From Gemmatimonadota bacterium (GTDB lineage Bacteria > Gemmatimonadota > Gemmatimonadetes > Longimicrobiales > RSA9), in assembly GCA_040905425.1 (NCBI GenBank), contig JBBDRO010000105.1, forward strand, positions 1-30,632: a stretch of 30,632 bases of DNA, read 5' to 3'. The translations under genes were made by a program, and so were the position numbers. Below are positions 9,004 through 19,973 of this stretch, piece by piece. The notes beneath the pieces were generated by a model. It saw only the letters and a program-made list of their open reading frames with translations. It had not been told where the DNA came from and ran no database searches. Numbering within the stretch: the first letter of the stretch is position 1; each line of letters starts with the position of its first letter.

Positions 9004-9043
9004 GCGGTGACAAGCCGCGAGGCCCGTCCGCTTCGGGGGCTCC

Positions 9044-9952
9044 TCACCCCAGCCGCTCCTTCTGCCTGCGGCGAATGCGCTGCAGCGCGGTGACCTGCCC
9101 CACCTCACCGCCGATGATGAAGATGATGGAGGCGTAATAGATCCACAGGAAGAGCACGATGGCGGTGGCGGCGGTGCCATAGGCGGAGCTGTAGTTGGCA
9201 CGCTGCGCGTAATAGCTGAAGCCGAATTTGAGGAGCTCGAAGCAGACGCCCGTGAAGGTGGCCGCCACGAGGGCGGTGCTCCACTGGATGCGGCGCGCCG
9301 GCAGGTAGCGGTAGATGAGGATGAAGAGGATCCACAGCGGCAGGAAGGCCAGCGCGTACGAGAGCAGCGTCATCATGCCGCTGGCGGGGCGCGCCGGGAC
9401 GTGCAGGAAATCGATGCCGTACTTCGCCACCCAGTTGATGTAGAAGGTGATGCCCAGGTTCAGGGTGAAGAGGACGGTGGCGGCCACCACCATCTTCAGA
9501 TCGAAGATCTTGCCGGCCACGATGCCCCGGTCCTGCTGCAGGTCGAAGATCTCCCGCAGCACCGTGCGCAGCGTGCCGATGAGGCGCGTGGCCACCCAGA
9601 AGAAGATCACCGTACCCAGCGTGGCCAGGCCAGTGCTGCTGTCGCGGATACCGGTGATGATGTCATGGATAGTACGCTCCAGCTCCACACCCGCGGACGG
9701 CAGGGCATTGGCGATGTAGCGCATAAGCTGCTCGGTGGGATCGATGCCCGGCTGCGCCTGCAGCACCAGCCCCGCGATACCCAGAGCGGCCAGGATGAGC
9801 GGCAGCACCGCCACCAGGAGGTTGAAGGAGATGGCGCCGGCCAGGAAGAAGATGTTGTCCTGCTCGGCCTTCTTGTAGACCCGGCGGACAAAATCCCGCA
9901 CGGCCCACCGGCGGCCGGTGCGGCGGTAGCGAAGGGGCGGGTCGGCGGCCAT
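9044..9952 (-). CDS. YihY/BrkB family inner-membrane protein
   Basis: DNIFFLAGAISFNLL, about six TM segments, YRYLP, FELLKFGFSYY, YSSAYG, LWIYYASIIFIIGGE. Confidence 0.92.
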   Translation of the reverse strand: MAADPPLRYRRTGRRWAVRDFVRRVYKKAEQDNIFFLAGAISFNLLVAVLPLILAALGIAGLVLQAQPGIDPTEQLMRYIANALPSAGVELERTIHDIITGIRDSSTGLATLGTVIFFWVATRLIGTLRTVLREIFDLQQDRGIVAGKIFDLKMVVAATVLFTLNLGITFYINWVAKYGIDFLHVPARPASGMMTLLSYALAFLPLWILFILIYRYLPARRIQWSTALVAATFTGVCFELLKFGFSYYAQRANYSSAYGTAATAIVLFLWIYYASIIFIIGGEVGQVTALQRIRRRQKERLG

Positions 9953-9961
9953 GCCGGGGCG

Positions 9962-10387
9962 CTACGCCCCGCCGTCTTCTCCTGCCGGGGGCGCCTCCGG
10001 CGTGGGCGGATAGTTGCGGGCCGCGTCCACACCGGCACGCACGCGATCCCCCGACTGCCGCACGCTCGCCTCGACCCGAGCGCGCGAGTCGAGCGCCGCC
10101 TGCCGGCCCGCCTCGAAGGCGTCGCGGGCCTGGTCCACACGGCCGGTCACCTCCTCGCGCACCTCGTCCACCGTCTCACTCAGAGCGACCTGTGCTCCGC
10201 GCACGGCGTCCTCGGCCTGCTCGCGCAGGCGCCGCGCGCCGCGCTGCAACTCCTCGCGCGTCTCCTCCCCCGAGCGGGGGGCCAGCAGGAGAGCCAGCCC
10301 CGCACCGATGAGCCCTCCCCACAGGAACGCGGAAACGCCGCCGTGGCGCTCGATGATGATGGTGGGACCGTCTTCGTACTCGGCCAT
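9962..10387 (-). CDS. YtxH domain protein
   Basis: FLWGGLIGAGLALLLAPRSGEETREEL signature followed by a coiled coil. AGGAG SD. Confidence 0.92.
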   Translation of the reverse strand: MAEYEDGPTIIIERHGGVSAFLWGGLIGAGLALLLAPRSGEETREELQRGARRLREQAEDAVRGAQVALSETVDEVREEVTGRVDQARDAFEAGRQAALDSRARVEASVRQSGDRVRAGVDAARNYPPTPEAPPAGEDGGA

Positions 10388-10417
10388 GACTCCTCCCTGT
10401 TGTGGCTGCCGGGACGC

Positions 10418-11764
<1,347 letters not shown>

Positions 11765-11818
11765 GTAATTACCCTACTTGCACTTGAGGTGGTCGGGGCG
11801 CCTTCGATCCCGGCCCTG

Positions 11819-11848
11819 AACTTAGGGGCCGGCGCGAAGCGTGGTCAA
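11819..11848 (-). promoter_or_regulatory. Possible internal sigma70 promoter for the response regulator
   Basis: TTGACC-18 bp-TAAGTT on the minus strand; the -35 overlaps the upstream TGA. Confidence 0.4.
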
Positions 11849-12504
11849 GCGCGCAGGCGCGGCACGAGCAGGACACGCGAGCGCGTGGCCTCCGCTTCCC
11901 CGGCGCGCGCTTCCAGGCGGCCCCCGGCGGCGGCGGCCAGGACCCCGGCGGTATCCCCGGCGGCGTCTTGGACCGGCGCATGCACCCAGAAACCGAATTC
12001 CGCGCCGTGCGCAGCACAGCGCAGCAGGAGGGGCGCGTCCTCCCCGGCCCCGGCCGTGGCCGTGATGGCGTCCCCGCCCAGCGCCAGCAGCGCGGCGCGC
12101 AGCGTGGCGGGGCGCGCCAGCAGCGTCTCCCCGTCGGCGGGCTCCTCCACCCGCAACTCCACGCGGGCCAGCCGCGCCTGCAGGGCCAGCAGCGGGAGCA
12201 CGTCGGCCAGGACCGCCGCGGCCTGCTGCTCGATGGGCTCGTCCGCCGCGGGGCGCACCAGGCGCAGCAGGCGATCGATGAGCTCGTGCGCGCGCAGGAC
12301 TTCGCGCTCCACCACGTCGGCGCGCTCCACGCTGCCCTGGCAGTCCCCCTTCTGCACGCGGGTGCGGAGAACCGCCAGGTTGATGACCACGGCGTTCAGC
12401 GGGTTCTTGATCTCGTGTGCCAGATCATCCGCCAGCCGGCTGACCACTTCCAGCCGCGCGGCGCGCACCTCCACCGGCACGGAACGATGCTCATGGGTAC
12501 TCAC
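11845..12504 (-). CDS. HisKA (DHp) protein with a degenerate ATPase domain and no sensor domain (histidine pseudokinase/phosphotransferase)
   Basis: Likely GTG start at 12504 (GTGA overlap with upstream stop), 219 aa. H-box LAHEIKNPLNAV. N-box position reads LLALGGDAI; no DxGxG or GLGL. Confidence 0.8.
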   Translation of the reverse strand: MSTHEHRSVPVEVRAARLEVVSRLADDLAHEIKNPLNAVVINLAVLRTRVQKGDCQGSVERADVVEREVLRAHELIDRLLRLVRPAADEPIEQQAAAVLADVLPLLALQARLARVELRVEEPADGETLLARPATLRAALLALGGDAITATAGAGEDAPLLLRCAAHGAEFGFWVHAPVQDAAGDTAGVLAAAAGGRLEARAGEAEATRSRVLLVPRLRA

Positions 12505-13334
12505 GCGTCCTCCCTGGCCAGTTCGGCCTCCAGGGCGGCGCGGTACGGCGCCAGCAGCCGGCCGGCGGCCTCCCGGGACGGCAGGGACCGGCCGTCCAGT
12601 GCCCGTATCGGCACGATCCCCACGGAGGTCATGGTGGCGAAGAGTTCGTCGGCGTCCTCCAGCTCCGGGCGCGTCCACACCCCCTCCTCCACCGTGTAGC
12701 CGGCGCGCCCCGCCAGCTCCAGGACGATGCCGCGCGTAACGCCGGCCAGCACGCCGGCGGCCGTGGACGGCGTGCGCACCCGCTCACCCTTGCGCCAGAA
12801 GACGTTCCAGGTGGGCCCCTCCGCCACGGCGCCCGAGGTGTCCAGCAGCAGGGCGTCATCCACGCCGGCCGCCACGGCCTCCCGGCGGGCCAGCAGGGCG
12901 TACATCCGGCCCAGCCCCTTCAGTTCGGGAGGCACCGATTCAGCGGGCGGCCGGCGGATGGCGGCCGTGATGAGCGTCCAGCCGGCGCCGGCGCGCTCCA
13001 GCCAGCGGGGGTCGGGTGGACTGAGCGTGGCCAGGACACGCTCGCCGGCGCCCGAACCGCGCGTCACGGTGATGCGCAGGTGCCCCTCGGTGGCCGCGTT
13101 GCGCCGCACCAGTTCGTGGCACAGGGCAACGAGGTCCTCACGGGCGGGGAGCGCCAGGTCGAGCATGCCGGCGCTCGCCTCGAGGCGCGCCAGGTGCTGC
13201 GGCAGGCGGAAGAAGCGCCCGCCGCGCAGGAGGGCCGTCTCGAAGACGCCGTCGCCGAAGAGGAAGCCGCGGTCGTCGATGGGAATGGCGGCGTCCACCG
13301 CGTTCAACCACGCCCCGTCGAGGTAGACGATCAC
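12501..13334 (-). CDS. PLP-dependent class IV aminotransferase (IlvE/PabC/D-amino-acid transaminase family)
   Basis: DRGFLFGDGVFET, HLARL, LRITVTRG, Lys in ELKGLG, AEGPTWNVF, LAGVTR, ADELF. Confidence 0.93.
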   Translation of the reverse strand: MIVYLDGAWLNAVDAAIPIDDRGFLFGDGVFETALLRGGRFFRLPQHLARLEASAGMLDLALPAREDLVALCHELVRRNAATEGHLRITVTRGSGAGERVLATLSPPDPRWLERAGAGWTLITAAIRRPPAESVPPELKGLGRMYALLARREAVAAGVDDALLLDTSGAVAEGPTWNVFWRKGERVRTPSTAAGVLAGVTRGIVLELAGRAGYTVEEGVWTRPELEDADELFATMTSVGIVPIRALDGRSLPSREAAGRLLAPYRAALEAELAREDA

Positions 13335-13362
13335 GCCATGTCCCTGCTGGCCGGGCCCGCCC

Positions 13363-14757
13363 TCACGCGATCACCCGTGGCGCCGCGTCCTCCCCGGCGG
13401 GCGGGCGCTCGAAGCCCGCCCGGCCCATGAGGCCGTAGGTGAGCTGCTTGCCCAGCTCCACGCCAGGCTGGTCCAGCGGGTCCACGTCGTAGAGCCCACC
13501 GGCGTACACCGTGGCGATCTGCAGCAGCATGAGGAGCTCGCCGACGGAGCGGGCGTCCACGCGTGGCAGTTCCAGCGTCATGTTCATGCGCCCGGCGGCC
13601 GTGAGCGCCGCCGCCGTGGCCGTGCGCTCGGCCTCCAGCAGTTCGCCCATGGTGCGCCCCCCCAGGTAGGCCAACGCCTCCTCGTCCGGGTGCGCCGCCG
13701 GAATGGCCAGATCCTCCCCCGCCTCCCGCACCGCCACGAAGGTCACCGTCTTGTCGAAGGGGCCCTCCATGTAGAGCTGCACCTGGGAATGCTGGTCGGT
13801 GGCGCCCACGGAACGCGCGGGGGTGGGACCGCGGAAGACCTCCGCGCCCGCACGGTCCAGGCGCTTGCCCAGGCTCTCCGCCCAGAGCTGGCGGAACCAC
13901 TCCGCCATGGGGCCCAGGCGGTCGGCGTAGGGCATCATGACGTGGATGCCCGCGCCGGCCTCCGTGTGCGCCGCGTGCTGGAGCACGGCGAACATGCCCG
14001 CGGGATTGGCCGCCAGCTCCGCCGGGGCGCAGCGCTCCACCATGGCGGCCGCGCCCGCCAGCAACGCCTCGATGTCCACCCCCGCCAGCGCGGCGGGCAG
14101 CAGGCCCACCGCCGAGAGCACGCTGAAGCGACCGCCCACGCTCGGCGGCACGGGCAGTGTGGCGATTCCCTCCGCGTCGGCGATGCGGCGCAGCACGCCG
14201 CGCTCCGGGTCGGTGGTGAAGATGAGGTGGCCCCGGTAGCCGTCACCCTCGAGCGCCTGGCGCAGCCGTTCGCGCACCACCAGGTACTGCGCCATGGTCT
14301 CGGCCGTCGTGCCGGACTTGCTCACCACGTTGAAGAGCGTGCGGCGCACGTCCAGCCGCTCCAGCAGCGGGCCGAAGGTGGCGGGATCCACGTTGTCGGT
14401 CACGAAGAGGCGGGGGAAGTAGTCGCGCGCCTCACTGTCCAGCTCGTTCCAGCCGGGGGAGAGCAGCGCCTCGCGCAGGGCGATGGCGCCCAGCGCGGAG
14501 CCGCCGATCCCCAGCACCACCACGGTGTCGAACGCCTGGCCGACCCCATCGGCGAAGGCGCGGATGCGGCCCACCACCTCCCGCTCAGCGGGCAGGTCGT
14601 AGAAGCCCAGCTCACCGGCGGCGCGGCGCCGCTCCACGTCCGCGTGCACCTCCTGGAAGCGGGCGCCCGCCGCCTCCAGCGCGGCCGGCTGCAGGCCGCG
14701 CCCGCCCAGACGGGGTGCCAGCATGTTGCCGTAATCCAGCGCGAGCCGCTCCGTCAT
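13363..14757 (-). CDS. pgi: Glucose-6-phosphate isomerase
   Basis: VLGIGGSALG, VSKSGTTAET, VGGRFSVLS, QLWAESLGK, TDQHSQVQL, DQPGVELGK. Confidence 0.97.
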   Translation of the reverse strand: MTERLALDYGNMLAPRLGGRGLQPAALEAAGARFQEVHADVERRRAAGELGFYDLPAEREVVGRIRAFADGVGQAFDTVVVLGIGGSALGAIALREALLSPGWNELDSEARDYFPRLFVTDNVDPATFGPLLERLDVRRTLFNVVSKSGTTAETMAQYLVVRERLRQALEGDGYRGHLIFTTDPERGVLRRIADAEGIATLPVPPSVGGRFSVLSAVGLLPAALAGVDIEALLAGAAAMVERCAPAELAANPAGMFAVLQHAAHTEAGAGIHVMMPYADRLGPMAEWFRQLWAESLGKRLDRAGAEVFRGPTPARSVGATDQHSQVQLYMEGPFDKTVTFVAVREAGEDLAIPAAHPDEEALAYLGGRTMGELLEAERTATAAALTAAGRMNMTLELPRVDARSVGELLMLLQIATVYAGGLYDVDPLDQPGVELGKQLTYGLMGRAGFERPPAGEDAAPRVIA

Positions 14758-15551
14758 ATGCCGTCCTCCTCTATGTCCACCAAGAGCCCGTCATGGGCCG
14801 GCGCCACGCCCGGCGGCAACGAACGTTCCAGCGCGGCGTGGCGCACCCGATGGGTGAGATGGGTCAGATAGGTGGTCCCGGCCCCCACGCGGGCGGCCGC
14901 GGCCACCGCCTCCTCCACGTTGAAGTGGGTGGGATGGGGGCGGCCCTCCCAGAGCGCCGCAAGCACCAGCACCCGCACGCCACGCAGGCGGTCCACCACG
15001 TCATCGGGCAGCGCCTTGGCGTCCGCCACGTAGCCCAGTGCGCCCGCCCGGAAGCCCCAGGTGAACAGGTCACCGTGCGGCACGGCGAACGGCTCCAGGC
15101 GGAAGCCGCCCGCCTCCACCACGTCTCCCGCGCCGAACTCCACCAGGCGGACGTCCGGGCGGCTCGTCCCCGGCGTGGGCGGCCCCTCAGGCGCGAAGAT
15201 GTAGTCGAAGCGACGGCGCAGCGCCGCGGCGCATGCGGCGTCCGCCCAGGCGGTCAGCGGGGCACGCCGGCGCGCCGTGAAGGCGCGCACGTCGTCCAGC
15301 CCCGCCGTGTGATCGGCGTGGGCGTGCGTGAACCAGATGCCGCTCACCTCCGGCGAGCCGGCCGCCAGGAGCTGGAGGCGGAGTTCGGGGGGTGTGTCCA
15401 CGAGGAGCGCGGCGGCGCCATCGTCGCTTTCCAGAAGAGCGGCATGACGGGTCCGCCGATCGCGGGGATCCGGGGAGGTACAGGTGGCGCACGTGCAGCC
15501 CACCACGGGAATGCCGAAGGAGGTACCCGTGCCCAGGAAGCGGAGCTTCAC
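14754..15551 (-). CDS. Metallo-beta-lactamase-fold hydrolase (PhnP/YycJ-like phosphodiesterase)
   Basis: FLGTGTSFGIPVVGCTCATC, THAHADHTAGLDD, VPHG, HPTHF, THLTH. Confidence 0.93.
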   Translation of the reverse strand: MKLRFLGTGTSFGIPVVGCTCATCTSPDPRDRRTRHAALLESDDGAAALLVDTPPELRLQLLAAGSPEVSGIWFTHAHADHTAGLDDVRAFTARRRAPLTAWADAACAAALRRRFDYIFAPEGPPTPGTSRPDVRLVEFGAGDVVEAGGFRLEPFAVPHGDLFTWGFRAGALGYVADAKALPDDVVDRLRGVRVLVLAALWEGRPHPTHFNVEEAVAAAARVGAGTTYLTHLTHRVRHAALERSLPPGVAPAHDGLLVDIEEDGI

Positions 15552-15558
15552 CGGCCCC

Positions 15559-16968
15559 TCACAGCTCTTCCACGCGCAGCATGTTGGTGGTACCGCGCAC
15601 GTGGAAGGGCACGCCGGCGGTCACCACCACGCGCTGACCGCGGCGCGCCAGGCGGTGCTCCAGGAGATAGGCGCGCGCGGCCTCCAGCATGTGCTCGTAG
15701 GTGGGCTCGTCGGCACAGCGAACCGGGTGGACGCCCCACACCAGGGCCAGCTGACGCCACGTGCGGAGCTGATCGCTCACGCCCAGGATGGGCACGTTCG
15801 GGCGATAGCTGGACACCAGACGCGTGGTGCTGCCGCTGCGCGTGAAGGAGATGATGGCCGGCGCGCCGAGCAGCCGCACCGCCTCCACCGTGGCCGCCGC
15901 GATGGCGTGCTCGGTGGGCGTGGCGCCAAGGCGCAGGTAGGGCAGCGGGATGTCATAGCGCGGGCCCTGCTCGAAGGCCTCCGAGCGCTCGATCTCCGCG
16001 GCAATGCGCACCATGGCGTCCACGGCCAGGAGCGGATACTTGCCCGCGGCGGTCTCCCCGGAGAGCATGACGGCGTCCGTGCCGTCGAAGAGCGCGTTGG
16101 CCACGTCGCTGGCCTCGGCGCGCGTGGGGCGGGCGTTCTCCATCATGGACTCGAGCATCTGCGTGGCCGTGATCACCGGCCGGCCGTAGTGGTTGGCCAG
16201 CTGGATGATGCGCTTCTGGGCCAGCGGCACCTGCTCGAAGGGCAGCTCCACGCCCAGGTCCCCGCGCGCCACCATGACGGCGTCCGTCTCGGCCAGGATC
16301 GGCTCCAGGTGCTCGAGCGCCGTGTCCTTCTCGATCTTGGCCACGATGAGCACGTGCCCCGGCAGACGGGCGCGCAGACGCGCGATGTCCTCGGGGCGCT
16401 GCACGAAGGAGAGGCTGACGTAGTCCACATCGTGCAGCAGCGCGAAGTCCAGGTCGTGGAGGTCCTTATCGGTGAGAGCGGGCGCGCTCACACGCACGCC
16501 GGGCAGGTTGAGTCCCTTGTTGGCCATGAGCTGACCGCCGCGCAGCACCCGGGCGCGCACCCGCGTGCCGTTCACCTCCTCCACCTTGAGCTCCAGCAGG
16601 CCGTCATCCAGGAGGAGGCGGTCGCCGGCGCGCACGTCCTCCGCCAGCTCGGCGTAGGTGGTGGGGATCTCCTTCCCCGCCGCGGCCGCTTCCGGCGCGA
16701 AGGTGACCAGCGCCTGGTTGGCCAGCTCGATAGGGGCGGGCAGGTCCCCGACCCGGATCTTGGGTCCAGCCAGGTCGGCCAGCACCGCCATGGGCTTGCC
16801 TACGGCCTCGGACGCCTCCCGGGTGTAGGCAATGGTCCTTGCCCACGCTTCGGGGTCCCCGTGGGCAAAGTTGATGCGCACCACGTCCACGCCCAGCTCC
16901 GCCAGCGCGTGGACCTTGTCCCGCTCCGCCGTGGCGGGTCCGATGGTGGCTACGATCTTCGTGCGCAA
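15559..16968 (-). CDS. pyk: Pyruvate kinase
   Basis: RTKIVATIGPA, RINFAHG, DLAGPKIR, AKIEK, MVARGDLGVE, ATQMLESM, PTRAEASDVANA, MLSGETAAG. Confidence 0.98.
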   Translation of the reverse strand: MRTKIVATIGPATAERDKVHALAELGVDVVRINFAHGDPEAWARTIAYTREASEAVGKPMAVLADLAGPKIRVGDLPAPIELANQALVTFAPEAAAAGKEIPTTYAELAEDVRAGDRLLLDDGLLELKVEEVNGTRVRARVLRGGQLMANKGLNLPGVRVSAPALTDKDLHDLDFALLHDVDYVSLSFVQRPEDIARLRARLPGHVLIVAKIEKDTALEHLEPILAETDAVMVARGDLGVELPFEQVPLAQKRIIQLANHYGRPVITATQMLESMMENARPTRAEASDVANALFDGTDAVMLSGETAAGKYPLLAVDAMVRIAAEIERSEAFEQGPRYDIPLPYLRLGATPTEHAIAAATVEAVRLLGAPAIISFTRSGSTTRLVSSYRPNVPILGVSDQLRTWRQLALVWGVHPVRCADEPTYEHMLEAARAYLLEHRLARRGQRVVVTAGVPFHVRGTTNMLRVEEL

Positions 16969-17014
16969 CGTGCCTGTCCTTCCTCGAACTTCAATTGCAT
17001 GCGGAGCGTTGGCG

Positions 17015-18625
17015 TCAGTCCCGCCATGCGACCGCTCCGTCCACCAGCACCGCCCGGCAGGCCAGCTCCAGCGGCGCCACCTCCCCGTCCAGTGGATCCG
17101 CGCTCCACGCGGCCAGATCCGCGCGGGCGCCCGGGCGGATCACCCCCTCCACACCGGCGGCGCCCGCGGCGTACGCGGGGCCCGCGGTATACGCCAGCAA
17201 CGCCGCCAGGCGGTCCAGCCGCTCGCCCGGCTGCCAACCGCCCTGCGGCTGACCCGTACGGTCCGTGCGGGTCAGCGCCGCGTGCAGCGCCAGCCGCGGA
17301 TCCACCGGCTCCACCGGCGCGTCCGAGCCGAACGCCAGCACGGCCCCGCCCGCGGCCAGTGAGCGGAAAGCATACGTCCCGCGGGCGCGCGCCGCTCCCC
17401 AGTGGCCGTCCACTACCCGCCAGTCGGTGCACAGATGGGCCGGCTGCACGGAGCACACCACGCCCAGCCTGCCCGCGTCCGCCAGACGCTCGGGCGGGCA
17501 GCACTGCACGTGCTCGATGCGGTGCGGCAGCGCCGCCACGCGGAGCGCGGGATCGCCGAGCACGTCCAGCGCCTGCGCCACCGCGGCGTCCCCGATGGCG
17601 TGCACTACCGCGGCCAGCCCGCCGGCCGCGGCGCGCGCCACGTGGCCGCGGAGGTCGGCCGTCTCGTACATACGCACCCCCACGTCCGTGGCACCCTCGT
17701 AGGGCGCGCGCATCCAGGCCGTGCGGGAGCCGAGCGCGCCGTCCAGGAAGTACTTCACCGCGCCGATGCGAATGCCGCCCCCGCCGAAGCCGCTGCGGAG
17801 CCCCAGCGCCAGCGCCGCGTCCAGGCGCTCCAGGCGGATGTGCTGGAGCACCCTGAGCGCCAACCGCCCCTCCGCGCGGAGCGCGGTGAGGACCGGCAAC
17901 GGATCTGGCTCCGGCACGGCCAGCCCCGGCAGGGAGTGCACCCCCGTGATGCCCAGCCGGTGCAGCGCCGCCTGGGCCTCCACCACGGCGTCCGCCAGCG
18001 CGCCGCTGGCGGGCGTGGGGATGCACGCCGTCACGAGCTGGCCCGCGTGCTCCAGGAGCACCCCGGTGGGCGCCCCGTCGGCCCCGCGCACGATGCGGCC
18101 GCCGGGCGGGTCGGGCGTGCCGGCGTGGATGCCGGCGCGCGCCAACGCGGCCCCGCTCACCCACAGGGCGTGCATGTCGTGGCTCTGCAGCGCCACGAGG
18201 CCATCGCCCACGGCGGCGTCCAGCACGCCCGCCGCCGGATAGGCGCCGCCCCAGCGGTGCGGATTCCAACCCCGCCCGCGGATCCAGCCCCCCGCGCCCG
18301 GCCGGCCGGCGGCCGCCAGCGCCGCGGCTTCGGCCGGTGTATCGGCCTCGTCCAGCGTCACCTCGTGGCGCGCCAGGGCCCACTCGGTCAGATGGATGTG
18401 CGCGTCGGTGAAGCCGGGGGTGAGCACACTGCCGCCCAGGTCCAGCAGCGGCGCGCCGGGCGCGGCGGCCCGCAGCGCGTCACGCCGGCCCACGGCGGCG
18501 ATTCGCCCGTGGCGCAGGAGGACGGCGTCGGCGAACGCCTCCGCCGGCCGGTCCGGATCGAGGGTGCGCACCCGCCGGGCCTGGACCAGCAGCTCGGGCG
18601 GGGTGGTGGTTCGGGAACTCAGCAC
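17015..18625 (-). CDS. Amidohydrolase_3 (YtcJ-like) metal-dependent hydrolase
   Basis: PGFTDAHIH, DMHALWV, VKYFLDGALGSRTA, HAIGDAA, HRIEH, FGSDAPVE, GARADL. Confidence 0.93.
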   Translation of the reverse strand: MLSSRTTTPPELLVQARRVRTLDPDRPAEAFADAVLLRHGRIAAVGRRDALRAAAPGAPLLDLGGSVLTPGFTDAHIHLTEWALARHEVTLDEADTPAEAAALAAAGRPGAGGWIRGRGWNPHRWGGAYPAAGVLDAAVGDGLVALQSHDMHALWVSGAALARAGIHAGTPDPPGGRIVRGADGAPTGVLLEHAGQLVTACIPTPASGALADAVVEAQAALHRLGITGVHSLPGLAVPEPDPLPVLTALRAEGRLALRVLQHIRLERLDAALALGLRSGFGGGGIRIGAVKYFLDGALGSRTAWMRAPYEGATDVGVRMYETADLRGHVARAAAGGLAAVVHAIGDAAVAQALDVLGDPALRVAALPHRIEHVQCCPPERLADAGRLGVVCSVQPAHLCTDWRVVDGHWGAARARGTYAFRSLAAGGAVLAFGSDAPVEPVDPRLALHAALTRTDRTGQPQGGWQPGERLDRLAALLAYTAGPAYAAGAAGVEGVIRPGARADLAAWSADPLDGEVAPLELACRAVLVDGAVAWRD

Positions 18626-18730
18626 GACATACCTTCCGGCGCATCACGGGCCTGGCAGCCGCCTCCACCAGGGTGCGGCGCAGCATCCTAGGGATCGGCG
18701 GAGCGGCGCGCAAACGCCCACACACCGGTC

Positions 18731-18746
18731 CGGCAGGCCTCTTGCA
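18731..18746 (+). promoter_or_regulatory. Putative sigma54 (-24/-12) promoter upstream of rnd
   Basis: CGGCAGGCCTCTTGCA versus consensus TGGCACGNNNNTTGCW; GG-N10-GC spacing is exact. Confidence 0.55.
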
Positions 18747-18762
18747 CGCGGGCCATGGCGTC

Positions 18763-19881
18763 ATGGAATACATCGAGACAGAAAGTCGTCTGCAGGCCGT
18801 GGTCAGCGGACTGGACGGCGTAACGCTCCTGGCGGTGGATACGGAGGCGGCGGGCTACCACCGCTACCGGGACGACGTGTGCCTGCTGCAGATGTCCACG
18901 GTGGATCAGACGTGGGTGGTGGACACGCTGGCGCTGGAGGACCTGGAGCCGCTGCGCGCCATCCTGGCGGACCCCGGCGTGGAGATCATCCTGCACGACG
19001 CGGATTACGACCTGCGGCTGCTGGACCGGGACTACCAGCTGCGGGTGGGCAACCTCTTCGACACCAAGGTGGCGGCGCGTTTCCTGGGGGAGACCGCCTT
19101 CGGCCTGCAGGCGCTGCTGGAGCGCTTCCTGGAGGTGCGCGTGGCCAAGAAGTACCAGCGCGCCGACTGGGCGCGCCGGCCGCTGCCGGCCGACATGCTG
19201 GAGTACGCCGCCGAGGACACGCGCCATCTGCCGCGGCTGCGGGACGTGCTCAAGGAAGCGCTGGTCGAGCGTGACCGCCTGCGCTGGGCCGAGGAGGAGT
19301 TCCGCCTCATCGAGCAGGTGGCGTGGGAGGAGGGCGACGGCCAGCAGGACGCCTTCCTGAAGGTGAAGGGCACGCGCGACCTGGGACCCCGGCAGCTGGC
19401 CGTGCTGCGCGCCGCCTATGCCTGGCGGGAGGAGGAAGCCCGCCGGCGGGACGCCGCACCGTTCCGGGTGCTCTCCAACGACGCCATGCTGAACCTGGCG
19501 CGCAGCATGCCTGGCAAGCCCCCGGAACTGGCCCGCACCCCGGGGGTGCCGAATCGGCTCGGCGGCCAGGAGGGCGAGCCGCTGGCGCGGGCGCTGGCGG
19601 GTGCCCGCGAACTGCCGGAGGAGGAGTTGCCTGTGCGGCCGCGGCCCACCCGCCGCCCGCCGGCCGACCCCGACGTGGACGCGCGGGCCGACCGCCTGCG
19701 CAAGGTGCGTGACGAGCGCGCCCAGGCGCTGGGGCTGGAGCGTGGCTTCCTGATGCCCCGCCACCAGCTCGAGTTGCTGGCGCGCGAGGAGCCGCGCACC
19801 CTGGAGGCGCTGGCCGCGGTGGAGGGCGTGCGCCGCTGGCAGGTGGAGGCGCTCGGGGCCGGTCTGCTCGCCGCCATGTGA
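18763..19881 (+). CDS. rnd: Ribonuclease D (DEDDy 3'-5' exonuclease with HRDC domains)
   Basis: Likely start ATG 18763 (MEYIET). AVDTEAAG, HDADYDL, FDTKVAA, QRADWARRPL, YAAEDT, WREEEARRRDAAPFRVL. Confidence 0.95.
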   Translation: MEYIETESRLQAVVSGLDGVTLLAVDTEAAGYHRYRDDVCLLQMSTVDQTWVVDTLALEDLEPLRAILADPGVEIILHDADYDLRLLDRDYQLRVGNLFDTKVAARFLGETAFGLQALLERFLEVRVAKKYQRADWARRPLPADMLEYAAEDTRHLPRLRDVLKEALVERDRLRWAEEEFRLIEQVAWEEGDGQQDAFLKVKGTRDLGPRQLAVLRAAYAWREEEARRRDAAPFRVLSNDAMLNLARSMPGKPPELARTPGVPNRLGGQEGEPLARALAGARELPEEELPVRPRPTRRPPADPDVDARADRLRKVRDERAQALGLERGFLMPRHQLELLAREEPRTLEALAAVEGVRRWQVEALGAGLLAAM

Positions 19882-19915
19882 GGCGGGCGGGGGACGCGGG
19901 CGGCCCCGCCCGCCT
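19881..19915. terminator. 12-bp GC hairpin between convergent rnd and S8 protease genes
   Basis: AGGCGGGCGGGG(19881-19892)/CCCCGCCCGCCT(19904-19915). Second hairpin CTCACC-ACTC-GGTGAG at 19941-19956. No U-tract. Confidence 0.45.
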
Positions 19916-19973
19916 GCTGGAGCCGGGCGGGCGCGGGACGCTCACCACTCGGTGAGGCGGCCGGCTGGCGCCC

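Noticed and set aside
12505..12678. N-terminal extension of the pseudokinase as a possible sensor
   Set aside because: Overlaps the aminotransferase in another frame and is low complexity; the GTGA overlap supports a start at 12504.
15484..17856. 790-aa plus-strand ORF
   Set aside because: Antisense to pyk and the amidohydrolase; low-complexity Pro/Arg/Ala sequence.
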